From the NCBI GenBank assembly GCA_951406725.2, contig OX597824.1, positions 87,296,001 through 87,360,000 of the forward strand: a DNA stretch of 64,000 nt, in the 5' to 3' direction. A model generated the notes under the pieces. It saw only the letters and a list, made by a program, of their open reading frames with translations. It had not been told where the DNA came from and did no database searches. Position 1 is the stretch's first letter; each line of letters opens with the position of its first letter. Position numbers and translations under genes: made by a program. The stretch is from Octopus vulgaris. Lineage: Eukaryota. This document shows positions 1 to 12,109 of the stretch, one piece after another.

Positions 1-402
1 GGTTTATCTGGGACACCTGACAGGAAGAGATCCAGCTTTATTTTGAAGACACCTACATCCACCCCATGCAGGTCTCTCAGATCCTTTGGGAGGATATTGA
101 AGAGCTGTGGACCTCTGAAACCCCGGCTATTGCAGTATCTTGTCCTACATCTTGATGGCAAATTTGGAGTCCTTGGCACAATGCAGTGGCGCCCAGTTCT
201 AGTATTTGTGTAACTCTCAATGCCAAAGTTTGGGACAAGTCCTTCCAGGATTTTCCAGATGTATTTTATGGCAAATCTTTCTTGCCTACGCTCTAAGGAA
301 TAGAGTCTTAATCTTTTGAGTCTTTCCCAATAGCTTATATGCTGCATAGAGGCTATCTTCTTCATGTAGCTTTGTTGGATTGCCTCAAGTTCTGAGATTA
401 AT
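1..402 (-). mobile_element. CR1/L2-group LINE ORF2 C-terminal fragment
   Basis: Manual minus-strand translation: ISELEAIQQSYMKKIASMQHISYWERLKRLRLYSLERRQERF...GPQLFNILPKDLRDLHG...FKIKLDLFLSGVPDKP, typical of the post-RT region of CR1-like LINEs. Confidence 0.85.
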
Positions 403-480
403 TTATTTATAATTGTTTATAATTTTCACCTTAGAAGGTATTTTAATATGCTGGCCACTGATAAGGTGACCAACATATTA

Positions 481-1750
481 AAAAATAATTAGAAAATAGA
501 GAAAACCACAGATCAACCACATTTATTGCTTATTTTTTAATACAAAGCATGAGATAACAAAATAGGTGACGTAACATATCTTATGGCCATTACTGATCAG
601 ATTGCCAAAATGCAGTCTATACATAAATGTGAGAATAAAGTTCTTCATTTTCATAGGGCATTCGAATTAAGGCAACAGATCTTCATCAGAGTGAAAAACA
701 ACGAAAGGAAGAAGGAAAAGGAATGAAAACATGATATATTGAGCTTCTAGATTATTTGTCTAAGCCATGTTTTCTTTCCTTTTCCTTCTTCCTTTTGTTT
801 ATATTGTGGAGGCACGTGGCTTAGTGGTTAGGGTGTCAGCATCATGATTATAAGATCGTGGTTTCGATTCTGGGACCAAGCGACGCGTTGTGTTCTTGAG
901 CAAAACACTTTATTTCATGTTGCTCCAGTCCACTCAGCCGGCAAAAATGAGTAACACTGCGATGGACTGGTGTCTCATCCAGGTGGGGAACACATACACC
1001 ATGGAAACCGGGAAACCGGGCCCATGAGCCTGGCTAGGCTTTGAAAAGGGCGCATTTATTTTGTGGAGGTGCATGGCTTAGTGGTTAGGGTGTCAGCATC
1101 ATGATCGTAAGATTGTGGTTTCGATTCCTGGACCGGGCGATGCGTTGTGTTCTTGAGCAAAACACTTCATTTCACGTTTCTCCAATCCACTCAGCTGGCA
1201 AAAATGAGTAACGCTGCGATGGACTGGCATCCCATCCAGCTGGGGAATGCATACGCCATTGAAACTGGGAAACTGGGCCCATGAGCCTGGCTAGGCTTTA
1301 AAAGGGCGCATTTATTTATTTTATTATTTTTGTTTATATTAAATGCTCTTGTTTTTCACTCTGATGAAGATCCGTTGCCTTAATTCTAATGCCCTATGAA
1401 GATGAAGAATTTTATTCTCACCCTTACGTATAGATTGCATATTGGCAATCTGATCAGTAATGGCCGTAAGATATGTTACGTCACCTATTTTGTTATGTGA
1501 TGCTTTGTATTTTATAAAATAAGCTATAAATGTGGTCCTGTCAATGTGTTGGTTGATCTGTGGTTTTCTCCGTTTTTAATTATTTGCATTGATCCCTGAT
1601 AAACCCTTGTTTATTCTGTTGTTGTCTGTACTTTACATGTATGGTGTGCCTGTACACCAATGTCCAGGGATAATACAGGTAACGGATACCGATAGCATAT
1701 ACGGATATTTTATCCCTTAGTCAGATACTATAATCATTAACTCTGTATAC
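481..1750. repeat. Fold-back element (arms ~481-700 and ~1348-1585), probable Penelope-like pseudo-LTR pair, interrupted by a SINE dimer
   Basis: Arms are reverse complements over ~220 bp (aaggcaacagatcttcatcagagtgaaaaac / gtttttcactctgatgaagatccgttgcctt). There is an inner hairpin at 703-795 and a CTGATGA motif in each arm. Confidence 0.65.
806..1327 (+). mobile_element. Tandem dimer of tRNA-derived SINE (family D)
   Basis: Two ~255-bp copies with A box (tggcttagtgg) and B box (gtttcgattcc). The dimer is flanked by the direct repeat ttttgtttatatt (793-805 and 1328-1340). Confidence 0.85.
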
Positions 1751-1762
1751 ATATATATATAA

Positions 1763-1980
1763 CGGGAAGGTTTACTAAAATAAACAAAAGACGAAGGCAG
1801 GTGGAGTACAAACAAACAAATGTATTAGTATGGCGCTCAGGAATAGAAATAGAACAAGTCTTTTACGTTTCGAGCCTACGCTCTTCGACAGAAAGATACA
1901 CAGAAATGAAACAAGGAGAGAAACAAGGAGAGAAAAAAATGCGTGTAGGAGCTAACGGTCTATCATGGCGTTCTGAATAT
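1763..1980 (-). mobile_element. Penelope-like pseudo-LTR fragment (same family as 47760-47953 and 59215-59430)
   Basis: Homologous to the repeat lying downstream of the GIY-YIG remnant at 58229; abuts (TA)n. Confidence 0.7.
1859..1896 (-). ncRNA. Minimal hammerhead-like motif, variant core
   Basis: Minus strand TCTTT-CTGTCGA-A-GAGC(GTAG)GCTC-GAAA-CG-TA-AAAGA: 5-bp stem I, 4-bp stem II, palindromic ACGT stem III. Confidence 0.6.
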
Positions 1981-2721
1981 ATATAGTTCAAATTTACAGA
2001 AAATAAAAGACAGAGACAGATGAAGGAACAAATATCAGTCAAACAAGTAAAAGAGTAAAAGAGTACACACACACACACACAGAGAGAGAGAAAATATATA
2101 TATACACTGTCAACAATATTCCTGTTTGAGAATAAGAAATTTTTACTCTTCAAAAGTATGGAGTAACCTATCAGATTAATATAGAATTGTTTTTATTATA
2201 ACTGAACATAAAAACAAACATTAATATACATTATATATATATATATATGTGTGTATACACCCACCCACCCCCACACACACACCTACACACATAAATGTAC
2301 ATGTTTGTGTGTTTGCTAACCAAAAATACTCAGCATCCCCTAGGATAAAATCTCTGAGAATTTTATTAGTGTAGCTCAGACATTTACTTAGATTACCAGA
2401 AACCTTCTCAAAAAACTTGTGGGTGGAGTTTTTAACTAACTCCCATTTCTTTTTTTGTTCTTTTCTTTTTTTTTCCTTTTTGTAAACAGATTCTGCTAAA
2501 AATATTTAAATTTCACAACCATTGCAATGATATTGTTGTTGTTGTTGTTGTTGCTGCTGTTTAGCCCAAGGTTTCTTTTGGTTAAACAGACCTATGATCT
2601 CTTCAGAGGTTCCAGTCGTTGCCATTATACTTTCATTGCAGACAGACATCTTGTACCATTACTCAATCTGCTGGAAATAACAACCAAAATCTCTCTCTCT
2701 CTCAAACAACACCCAACCATC

Positions 2722-2769
2722 TCTACCACCACCACCTCCACCACCACCACCACCACCACCACCACCACC

Positions 2770-2834
<65 letters not shown>

Positions 2835-2879
2835 ACCACCACCACCACCACCACCACCACCACCACCACCACCACCACC

Positions 2880-2929
<50 letters not shown>

Positions 2930-2952
2930 CACCACCACCACTGCTACTACTA
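2722..2952. repeat. Compound (CAC)n/(TAC)n microsatellite
   Basis: Directly visible. Confidence 0.95.
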
Positions 2953-3804
2953 TGGTATTTTATCTGAACAGTTATCAGTTAACCAATTATTAGCATTTTT
3001 GTTACCACCCCTTCTGAAACAAAAGAGTAAAGAATAATATTTTCTACTATAGGCACATAGGAACTATAGGAACTGGTTGATTGATCCACCCCAGTGTTTC
3101 CTGGGTACTTATTTTATTGACCCCAAAAGGATGAAAGGCAAAGTCGACCTCAGCGGAATTTGAACTCAGAAAGCATTTCATCCAACATGCTAACAATTTT
3201 GTCAGCTTGCTACTTTATATTTCTTTGTAATTAATGAATATTCTTCGTGATCAGGAAAACGAGGTGCTGTTGGTAAGTTTCAGTAATAGACCAAAGTTGT
3301 TAATATGTTAAAGCAGGTTTAAGAACAACTGAACATTTAAGGAATATTTGCTGGTAACAGGAAGGACATCCAGCTATGGAAAATCTGCCTCAATAAATTC
3401 TGTTCAACCCATGCAAACATGGAAAAGCAGATGTCAAAATGATTATGATGATGAGCAATGATGAAGACATCCAATAATAAGCAAGTGTGAAAAATATAGT
3501 TGTATGGTAAGTAGCTTGCTTCCCAATCACATAGTTCCGAGTTCAATCCCACTGTGTGGCACCTTGGGCAAGCGTTTTCTTCTATGGGCTTGAGTCGACC
3601 AAAGTCTTGTGAATGGAATTGGAAGACAGAGACTAAGAAATGCCCATCGTGTGTGTGTGTGTGTGTGTGTGTGTGAGTGTGTGTGTGTGTTCTCAACCAA
3701 TACTTAACAATTGGTGTTGGTTTGTTTACATCCTCATAACTTAGTGATCTGGCTTAAAAGATCAATGGAATTAGCACCAGGATTTTAAAAAATATAAGTA
3801 CTGA

Positions 3805-4220
3805 GGCGCAGGAGTGGCTGTGTGGTAAGTAGCTTGCTTACCAACCACATGGTTCCAGGTTCAGTCCCACTGCGTGGCACCTTGGGCAAGTCTCTTCTAC
3901 TATAGCCTCGAACTGACCAAAGCCTTGTGAGTGGATTTGGTAGACGGAAACTGAAAGAAGCCTGTCATATATATGTTATATATATGTATGTATGTGTGCG
4001 TGTATGTTTGTGTGTTTGTGTTTGTCCCCCCCCAACATTGCTTGACAACAACCGATGCCGGTGTGTTTATGTCCCTGTAACTTAGCAGTTCGGCAAAAGA
4101 GACCGATAGAATAAATACTAGGCTTACAAAGAATAAGTCCCGGGGTCGAGTTGCTTGATTAAAGGTGGTGCTCCAGCATGGCCGCAGTCAAATGCCTGAA
4201 ACAAGTAAAAGAAAAAAAAA
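3805..4220 (+). mobile_element. tRNA-derived SINE family A, full length
   Basis: Head ggcgcaggagtggctgtgtggtaag...ggttcagtccc, internal TA/TG microsatellite, tail gctccagcatggccgcagtcaaatg.ctgaaacaagtaaaag. More than 15 copies or fragments in the window. Confidence 0.9.
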
Positions 4221-5377
4221 GGTCAATTCATTCAACTAAAAATTTTTCAAGGTGGTGCCCCAGCATGGCCACAGTTTAATGATTGAAACAAGGAAAAGAT
4301 AAACGATAATGTGGATATAAATGAAAGTCAGGAAAGGCAATTAAAAAGCAAAAGAATAAAAAGAAGAAATAAGATCAGAAATTAATTAAGATAAAGAAAT
4401 AAAGTGAAAATTTAACTAACATTGACATTAAATTTAAATTAAAGTGAGATTAAAAGTTTTTAAGAAAAAAATAATAATTTGAAGAGAAAATTTGCTGATG
4501 GGAAAATAATAATTAAACGCAAAAAGCAGGTGTGTGTGTATGCGTATGCATGTGTGTGTGTGCATGCGTATACATATGTGTGTGTGTGTGTGCGCATGTA
4601 TGTATATATGTGTATGTGCATGCTTGCATATGCAATTGTTTGTATGTATGTGTGTATATGTATGTGTGTGTATGCAGGTATACATACATACATACATACA
4701 TACATATAAATACTCACATATACACTCATACAAACACATATGTACACACACATTATATATATATATATATATATCTTTACTGGAAATTAAAATTTCACAA
4801 ATCATTACTTTGGTTTTTCATTTCCAAGCTTTAGACAATTATTAGTGATGGAGCTTGAGGAAAATATTTATGCAAAATTATTGAAATTTACCATTTAAAC
4901 TGCCTGTATAAAAAAATAATTTCCCGGGAAAGGTGGCTCTTATTTTTGGACAATAAAATAAACTTTAAAAAAAACCCCAGTAAAATTGATTAGGGAAATA
5001 AGATTAGGGATATTACAGTCACCACTAATTTTAGTATTGTTAATTTTTAGCTGTTAGTTTAAACTTAGATACAAATAAATTCATCTTTACAAAAAAAAAA
5101 CTTAATGAGAAATTATTTAAACAAATAAAAGATTTCATTGCTTAACTAATATTTTACGAAATGTAATTCTCAATACAAGTATGCCTTTCCTTTCATTGTC
5201 CATAAATGAAGCTGTTGTTATGAGCACTTCAAGATACTACGTAGTAAAGGCTTTATGGATAAAATTCATTATGTTGTCAGCCCTGATATTCTAGAACACA
5301 AGAATAGAAATAGAAACATTCTATAATTCAATCCAACCCACAATTTAAATATAAGGACAAAATAATGTATTTAGTCA

Positions 5378-5469
5378 GCCCGCATAGCTCAGTCAGTAGA
5401 ATATCAGACTTCTAAGAACTATCGAGTTATGAAATCTGAGGGTCGCAGATTCAAGTCCCTCTGCGGGCG
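5378..5469 (+). pseudogene. tRNA-Lys(TTT)-like pseudogene/SINE head with TCT anticodon and retained 19-nt intron
   Basis: Perfect acceptor stem gcccgca/tgcgggc and anticodon stem tcaga/tctga, with an insertion one base 3' of the anticodon. D and T stems are mismatched. Followed by a SINE-type tail to ~5588. Confidence 0.75.
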
Positions 5470-6229
5470 ACAAGACTTTCCTTGCAATACTAAATGGCGG
5501 TGCCCCAGCATAGCCAGAGCTAAATGGTGGTGCCCCAGCATGGCCACAGCTCGTGAGCTGAAACTAGATGAAAAAAAATGAAATAAAGTCATTTATTTAA
5601 TCCCTTTTGACTTTCCAATGAATCATAAAATTTTTAACAGAAACCGAATTAAAGTAAGCTATTCATGTTGTAAGAATTTCCTTTGCTCTATTAACAATTC
5701 ATAAAGAATCTGTAATGCCAGTGATATAGTTTCTCTTCCATTTTGTTTTTACCTTGATCCTTTTAGTGACAATTACTTTTTGAAAAAAATCTGTCTATCA
5801 CACTAATAGACAATAGCACCCCTGGGTATTTTGAATCAATAGAGAATAAATTCAAGATGCTTTTTTTTTCTTACCAGCATACACATCCTTTTAAATCACC
5901 CAGAGTAAAAGTTCCCAGTAAGATTATGCAAGTTTATTTGGTTATTTAGGAATCCTACACAACTGCATTAAAAACATGGTAGTATTTTGAAGCATGTTCC
6001 CTTTCTCTCTCTCCTCTCTCTCTTTTTCTTCCTCTTTCTGTGTGTGTGTGTGTATGTGTAGTCTCTTGACAGGTGACAGTCCTTTAGAGAATGTGTGGGC
6101 TAAGACTACGCGCCTTCATTGGTCAGTTAAAGTTGAGACAACTTGCTGTGGCTGCCTGATGGAGCCTAGCAGCAGGTATTTAAAGGGAAAAATTTGACAT
6201 GTCAGTCAGTCGCCTGCTGACACTCATTG

Positions 6230-6458
6230 ATGCTACATAGAAGAGGCCAGAGAACAGAAGAAAGAAGAAGAAAGAAGACATGCACCCAACACCAGAGCTG
6301 AAGATACTTCTGAAAGGGGGTGGTGGCTGCCACGTCAAAATGGTAGGGGAGTAGGGGCCGAAACCGGACATGGTTCCTCCTGATGATGTCTTGAGCTAAC
6401 TGGATCCTATAAAGGAGCTGTTGTGGTAGCAGACCATGAAACGCGGTTGTAATTCCTC
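6230..6458 (+). repeat. Unclassified interspersed repeat (second copy at 37866-38095, minus)
   Basis: ~220-bp match between the two loci; contains ctgaaga...gaaaccgg and ctgatga...gaaacgcg motifs. Confidence 0.75.
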
Positions 6459-6756
6459 TTCCAAATCTTCTGAAATTATAACCTTGTGTCTAAAAAACAA
6501 AAGAAAAGCAAATACTGTAGCCATAAATATACAAAAAAAAAAGATGAGGTGGAAATTATCCCATCTTCTCAATCAGGGTGTCTTTGATGTAAACAACAAC
6601 ACAAACATTGCCCAGTTACACTCAAAACCCACCCAATGGCCCATCTCAGAACAAACAACCACCGTTCTTTAATGCCCCAACTCCACAGCACCATATAAAG
6701 CTTAACAACTCATGAAAGTCTAACTTCCAACTGTTTTATTTTGCACATAAAAGTAC

Positions 6757-7170
6757 AGACATGGCTGTATGGTTAAGAACTTTGTTTTGTAACCGTGTGG
6801 TTTCAGGTTCAGTCCCACTGTGCAGCTTCTTGGGCAAGTTTCTTCTGTTAAAGCCCTGGATCGACCAATACATTGTGAGTGAATTTGGTAAACGGAAACT
6901 GTGTGGAAGCCTGCTGTATATGTGTATGTGAGTTTGAGTGTGTCTCTCTCTCCAATGCTTCACAACTGGTGTTGGTTTGTTTATATCCTCATAATTTGCA
7001 GCTTGGCAAAAGAGACTTAGGGAAAAAAACCCGTAAATTAGTGGTTCGGCAAAAGCGACCGATAGAATAAGTACTTGGCTTACAAATAATAAGTCCTGGG
7101 GATCGATTTGCTCGACTAAAGGCGGTGCTCCAGTATGGCCGCAGTCAAATGACTGAAACAAGTAAAAGAG
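6757..7170 (+). mobile_element. SINE family A, diverged copy
   Basis: Same head, body and tail as 3805-4220. Confidence 0.85.
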
Positions 7171-7391
7171 AACAATTAAACAAGTGTTCGGAACATAAAT
7201 CAATATGAAATTTTGAGAGACGGTTTCAATTTAGATCACAATAATTGAATTGATGTTTTGTAAACATTCCATTATCTTAGGCAACATTTTGGTGAGAAGT
7301 TTATAAAAAACTGATAGACAAGTGATGGTTTAGCTTAGCTTAGGTCTTTTGTGAGCCCTGGGACACATGAGGCTGGAGATTAACTCAGTTT

Positions 7392-7810
7392 CTTATTTCT
7401 TTATTGCTCACAAAGGGCTAAACACAGAGGGGACAAACAAGGACAGACAAAGGGATTAAGTCGATTATATTAACTCCAGTGCGTAATTGGTACTTATTTA
7501 ATCAACCCCGAAAGGATGAAAGGCAAAGTCGACCTTGGCGGAATTTGAACTCAGAACATAACGGCAGATGAAATACCTACTTCTTTACTACCCACAAGGT
7601 GCTAAACACAGAGGGGACAAACAAGGACAGACAAAGGGATCAAGCCAATTACATCAATCCCAGTGCATAACTGGTACTTAATTTATCGACCCCAAAAGGA
7701 TGAAAGGCAAAGTCGACCTTGGCGGAATTTGAACTCAGAACGTAACAGCAGACGAAATACCGTTAAACACTTCGCCCGGGGTGCTAACGTTTCTGCCAGC
7801 TCGCCGCCTT
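7392..7810 (-). mobile_element. SINE family B, head-to-tail dimer
   Basis: Minus strand aaggcggcgagctggcagaa...gagttcaaattcc...gcctttcatcctttcggggt.gat; the second unit lacks its 5' end. Confidence 0.85.
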
Positions 7811-8778
7811 ACCTTTATACATCATAGAAACCCAGTTTCTATGATGTATAAGTGACTGATATTACAACACTTAACCCTGGATGAGAGAACAGTCCATCAC
7901 AAAGTTAACTCTCCAGTTATTTCTGAAACTCATTTACAGCTGAGTGGAGCAACATGAAATGAAATGTTTTGCTTGGGAATACAATGCATCGCCCAGTCCA
8001 GGAATTGAAACTGCAGTCTTGTGATCATGAGTGCAACACCCCAGCCACTGAGCAATGCCACTGAGCAATGCCACTGAGCAATGCCCCTTCACAAGAGATA
8101 AATTGGCAGTTTCTATATTACTGGTAGACATGTGATGGATCGATTGGTTATCTTTGCATCTTTGTTTTTGCCTTTTTTTTTAGTCGTTTTGGGAAACAAT
8201 TTCTGTTCTATCAGTGAGACACCATTTTGGAGCTTTTTCTTGTTTCTTAGTCATTCAAAAGAGAATGGAAACTTGATGTTATTTGATTGGGAATCTATTA
8301 AAAGATTAACATCAATAATATTTTATATTATGAATTAAATGACTTTTCTAATGGCTGAAACTATTCAGATCAGAACAGCATGTTACAAATTAATTCAATG
8401 CTTTGAAGAAATTGCTTTCATTTTCTGTTGTTCGAACATAGTCATCTAACAAGCTATTATTTTTCCTGTGTTTCCATTATTTTCAAAAATACATTTCCAA
8501 AACTATTTTTAATTGCCACTTACCCACTTCTGTATCGTAACTATGCGCCATATTTTAATATTGTATTGATAGTTCTCTACTAAGTATGGAAGTTCTGTAT
8601 TGCTATACTGTCTTAAGAGTACCCTGTATAAGTGTTACCATCATCATTGTCAGCAACCCCTGGACATGGCTGTTTCATGGTCTAGGATTCATAGGACCAG
8701 TTACCTGGTTTCCAGGGGTTTTATAAGTGACTGAGATCTCAATATTCCCCTTGTATGGCTACACCAGTTCATTACCTG

Positions 8779-9308
8779 GTTAAGTTAAGTTAAGTTAAGT
8801 TAAGTTAAGTTAGTTAAGTTAAGTTAAGCAAAAAGCAAGGCCATGTAGGGGGACATGGAGTTATGTACAGGGATGATGTTCATGCAAAGAGTTCAGGCCA
8901 TTTCTGGTCAAGAGAGACTTTGAACCGAGCAGTCGTCGGCATCTTCACTATCTCGTCCGACAGCTTATTCCAGGGATCCGCAACCTGGACGGAGAAAGCC
9001 CCTCTCCTTCGATTGAGATGAAATCGTCGCAGATAGAGCTTTTCAGAGTGACCCCGCAGCCAACACTCTGGAGCAGGAGTGAAGAACAGCTCTTACGAGA
9101 GGTTACACTTTCTGCTTATGATGTTGTGAGCGAGAATGAGATCACCACGGCATCGTCGTTTTTCTAGAGAATAAAGGTTGAGCGTTTTCAGCCTTTCTTC
9201 ATAAGACAAATGCTTGAGACCAAGAACCATGTGAGTAGCCAGCTTCTGGACTCTTTCGAGATGATGTATGTCTTTGAGGAGATAAGGAGAAGAGGCTTGA
9301 ATCCCTAC
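8779..9308 (-). mobile_element. 5'-truncated CR1-like LINE with (CTTAA)n tail
   Basis: Translation SPYLLKDIHHLERVQKLATHMVLGLKHLSYEERLKTLNLYSLEKRRCRGDLI...RGHSEKL...FSVQVADPWNKL; pentamer tail at 8779-8828. Confidence 0.9.
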
Positions 9309-9701
9309 TCATTAACAGGTGAGTGAATTCGATCAGGGTGAAAATGAAGTGTTTTGTTCAAGAACTCAATGAACCACTCTGTCCAGGAATTGAAACTAAA
9401 ATCTTGTGATCATGAGTATACCTCCCTGACCACTAGGACACTCGTCTTTCTATATAAGTATGGAAGTTGTGCTTTACTTAAACATTGTTTTGAAAGCACC
9501 CTACATGAGTTATGGGATGCAGGAGTTGTATGGAGTTGTACTGTATTAACAACAAACAAGATGAGGACAAATATCCATCAAATGTAAATAATGTAAATAA
9601 TGTATAAGTGTGGATGTTGTGTCTTTTGTTGTTGTTGTTGTTGTTATTTTTGTATATGTTTATCTTTCAGCTCTTTAAACCATTCCTTAAGCAGCATAAT
9701 A

Positions 9702-10264
9702 TTGGATTGTCCGGAAAGTTTGTGCCGATTTTTGAAGGAAAGAAAAAGGTCATTAAATACTTGCCATTACATTTTTAATCAACCAAATATGAACCATTTT
9801 GTTGCACAATGCATCTCCATCTTTCCTTTAACTTGAAAATACCCTTTTCCCAGAATTGAGGTGGTTTCATGGCAAAGAATTCATCAAGGTATCTTTTTAT
9901 GTCATCCTAGGAATTGAAATTTTTACCATTAAGACTCTTCTGCGGAAACCTGAATAAGTTGAAATCCGAAGGAGCAATATCTGGTGAATATGGAGGGTGG
10001 GGTAACACATCCCAGCCAAGCTGCAGCAATTTTTGTCTGGTTCCCAAGGCATCAAGTGCCGAAAATGAACTTTCTTATCTTCCATTTTAAAGAGTTAGAA
10101 TTAACACAGGTTATAGGAACATAAACCTTCTTCCACTAAAAGATAGCTTAAACTGTGCTCTAAATGGAGGTGTAGTCAAATCCTATTTTATGGACTCAAT
10201 CATGTTCTAAAATAAGTCGAAAGTAAGCTACTATAAATCGGCATGAACTTTCCAGACAACCCAA
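9702..10264 (-). mobile_element. Internally deleted mariner element with both TIRs and TA duplication
   Basis: TIRs ttggattgtccggaaagtttgtgccgattt / aaatcggcatgaactttccagacaacccaa, each flanked by TA. The transposase start MEDKKVHFRHLM is joined directly to the C-terminal region; same family as 27359-28466. Confidence 0.92.
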
Positions 10265-11038
10265 TAATTTCTGGGAATTGTTTCTGGTTTCAGTTGCACA
10301 TCCTTGACATATATACTAAGATAGTTTCTCCATGTCTTTCATAGGCATTTTGTGGTCCATAATGACTTTAAACTGCATCCGATTGTGGGGCATTGGTTTG
10401 GCAGCCCATGGTTTTAAAGAATGTGGAACCATCACTTAACCACTATTGTTTCCAGGTCTACATTGACCTGGCATAGCAACTCCTATCAGGGCCCCAGCAA
10501 TGGGTTAATAAGCATATCATGGAATTGTCGTTCACAGACACCCCAACCGACCCAGGGCTGATGATGCTCTTCAGCACTTTTTAGCTGCTCATCTAAGAGA
10601 AGGTAACTCCATATTAAGAGAAGGTAACTCCTGCATCCCATAACTATTGGGCTTCTAACACTTGTGGCACCAGACTAAACGAAACAACATAAGGTCGAAG
10701 GAGGAGAGTGGGATTGTTTTTGCATCTGGTTCGCAAAATTCTTTATGTGAATTTTTGTTGAAACAAATTTTGTTGTGTCGAAGGAGAGACATTATGCCAA
10801 TGTTATTAACACATGCACTGGTTCAATCCCAACTTGTGCGTATGTTAACATTGACATAATGACTCTCCCTAGACACAACAAAGAAAAGAATGAGATTGGC
10901 TCGGCATAAACCATACCCCTATAATAATAAACCCCTGTTGCCTTATGGGAAAATTTATTGAGCATTTTAAAAAAGGCTATAGGAGTAAACACCTTCAGAA
11001 AATTCAGAGGAAGGGACCCCAAGGCAGACATGAATCAC

Positions 11039-11039
<1 letters not shown>

Positions 11040-11075
<36 letters not shown>

Positions 11076-11440
11076 GTTTAGCGTCCGCTTTCCATGCTAG
11101 CATGGGTTGGACTGTTCAACTGGGGTCTGGGAAGCCAGAAGGCTGCACCAGGCCCAGTCTGATCTGGCAATGTTTCTACGGCTGGATGCCCTTCCTAATG
11201 CCAACCACTCCATGAGTGTGGTGGGTGCTTTTTACGTGTGACTGGCACAGGTGCCAGACGAGGCTGGCAAACGGCCCCGATCGGACGGTGCTATTTACGT
11301 GCCACCGGCACGGAGGCCAGTCAGGGCGGCGCTAGCAATGGCCATGTTCAGATGGTTCTCTTACGTGCCATTGGCACTGGTTTCACAGCTACAATTTCCA
11401 TTGATTTTTGACCGATTTCGATTTTAATTTTGATTTTGAT
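11040..11440 (-). mobile_element. Family C retroposon with (GAT)n tail
   Basis: Shared motif ggc.ttaggaagggcatccagc and tail cccatgctagcatggaaagcggacg.taaacgatgatg. Other copies near 16978, 22028, 25980, 36120, 43130, 48740 and 63690. Confidence 0.8.
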
Positions 11441-11629
11441 TGATTGGTTATACATAACCAATATCTGGCATCCAAGAACGCTGTGGACATATTGACATGT
11501 CTTTACTTCGTGACATACCCTGCAGAGAAAATATGGCAAGGGAGATGGAGCTAGGCACTTGCTTCTGGAAACAGCCCAGGCACAGCAGAGATGGTTTAGT
11601 TTCTGTTTTCACAATTCCATCGACCAACA

Positions 11630-11990
11630 GCATTTCATCCTTTCGAGGTCGATTAAATAAGTACCAGTTACGCACTGGGGTCGATATAATCGACTTAATC
11701 TGTCTGTCTGTCCTTGTATGTCCACTCTGTGTTTAGCCCCTTGTGGGTGGTAAAAAAATAGGCATTTTCCTTTTATAAGGCGCTGAGCTGGCAGAAACGT
11801 TAGCACACCGGGCGAAATGCGTAGCCGTATTTCATCTGCCGTTATGTTCTGAGTTCAAATTCCGCCGAGGTCAACTTTGCCTTTCATCCTTTCATGGTTG
11901 ATAAAATAAATACCAGTTGAACACTGAGGTTGATGTAATTGACTCATCCTCTCCGCCAATATTGCTGCCCTTGTGGCAAAATTTGAAACC
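11630..11990 (+). mobile_element. SINE family B fragments (two adjacent)
   Basis: Match to the family B body and head. Confidence 0.8.
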
Positions 11991-12109
11991 ATTATAATAC
12001 AGAAATATTTATCGTTTTATCTTTTACTTGTTTCTGTCATTATATTGTGGTCATGCTGGAGCACTGTCTTGAAGAATTTTAGACAAATGAATTGACCCTA
12101 TACTAGTCT

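Noticed and set aside
5378-5469. Functional tRNA-Arg(TCT) gene
   Set aside because: D and T stems are broken, the body is Lys-like, and a SINE tail follows instead of a clear poly-T terminator.
10555-10585. CTGATGA followed by a TGCT-CTTC-AGCA hairpin
   Set aside because: No GAAA or stem III follows, so it is not a hammerhead.
10662-11031. Short ORFs in non-repetitive-looking sequence
   Set aside because: No recognisable motif or consistent splice signals.
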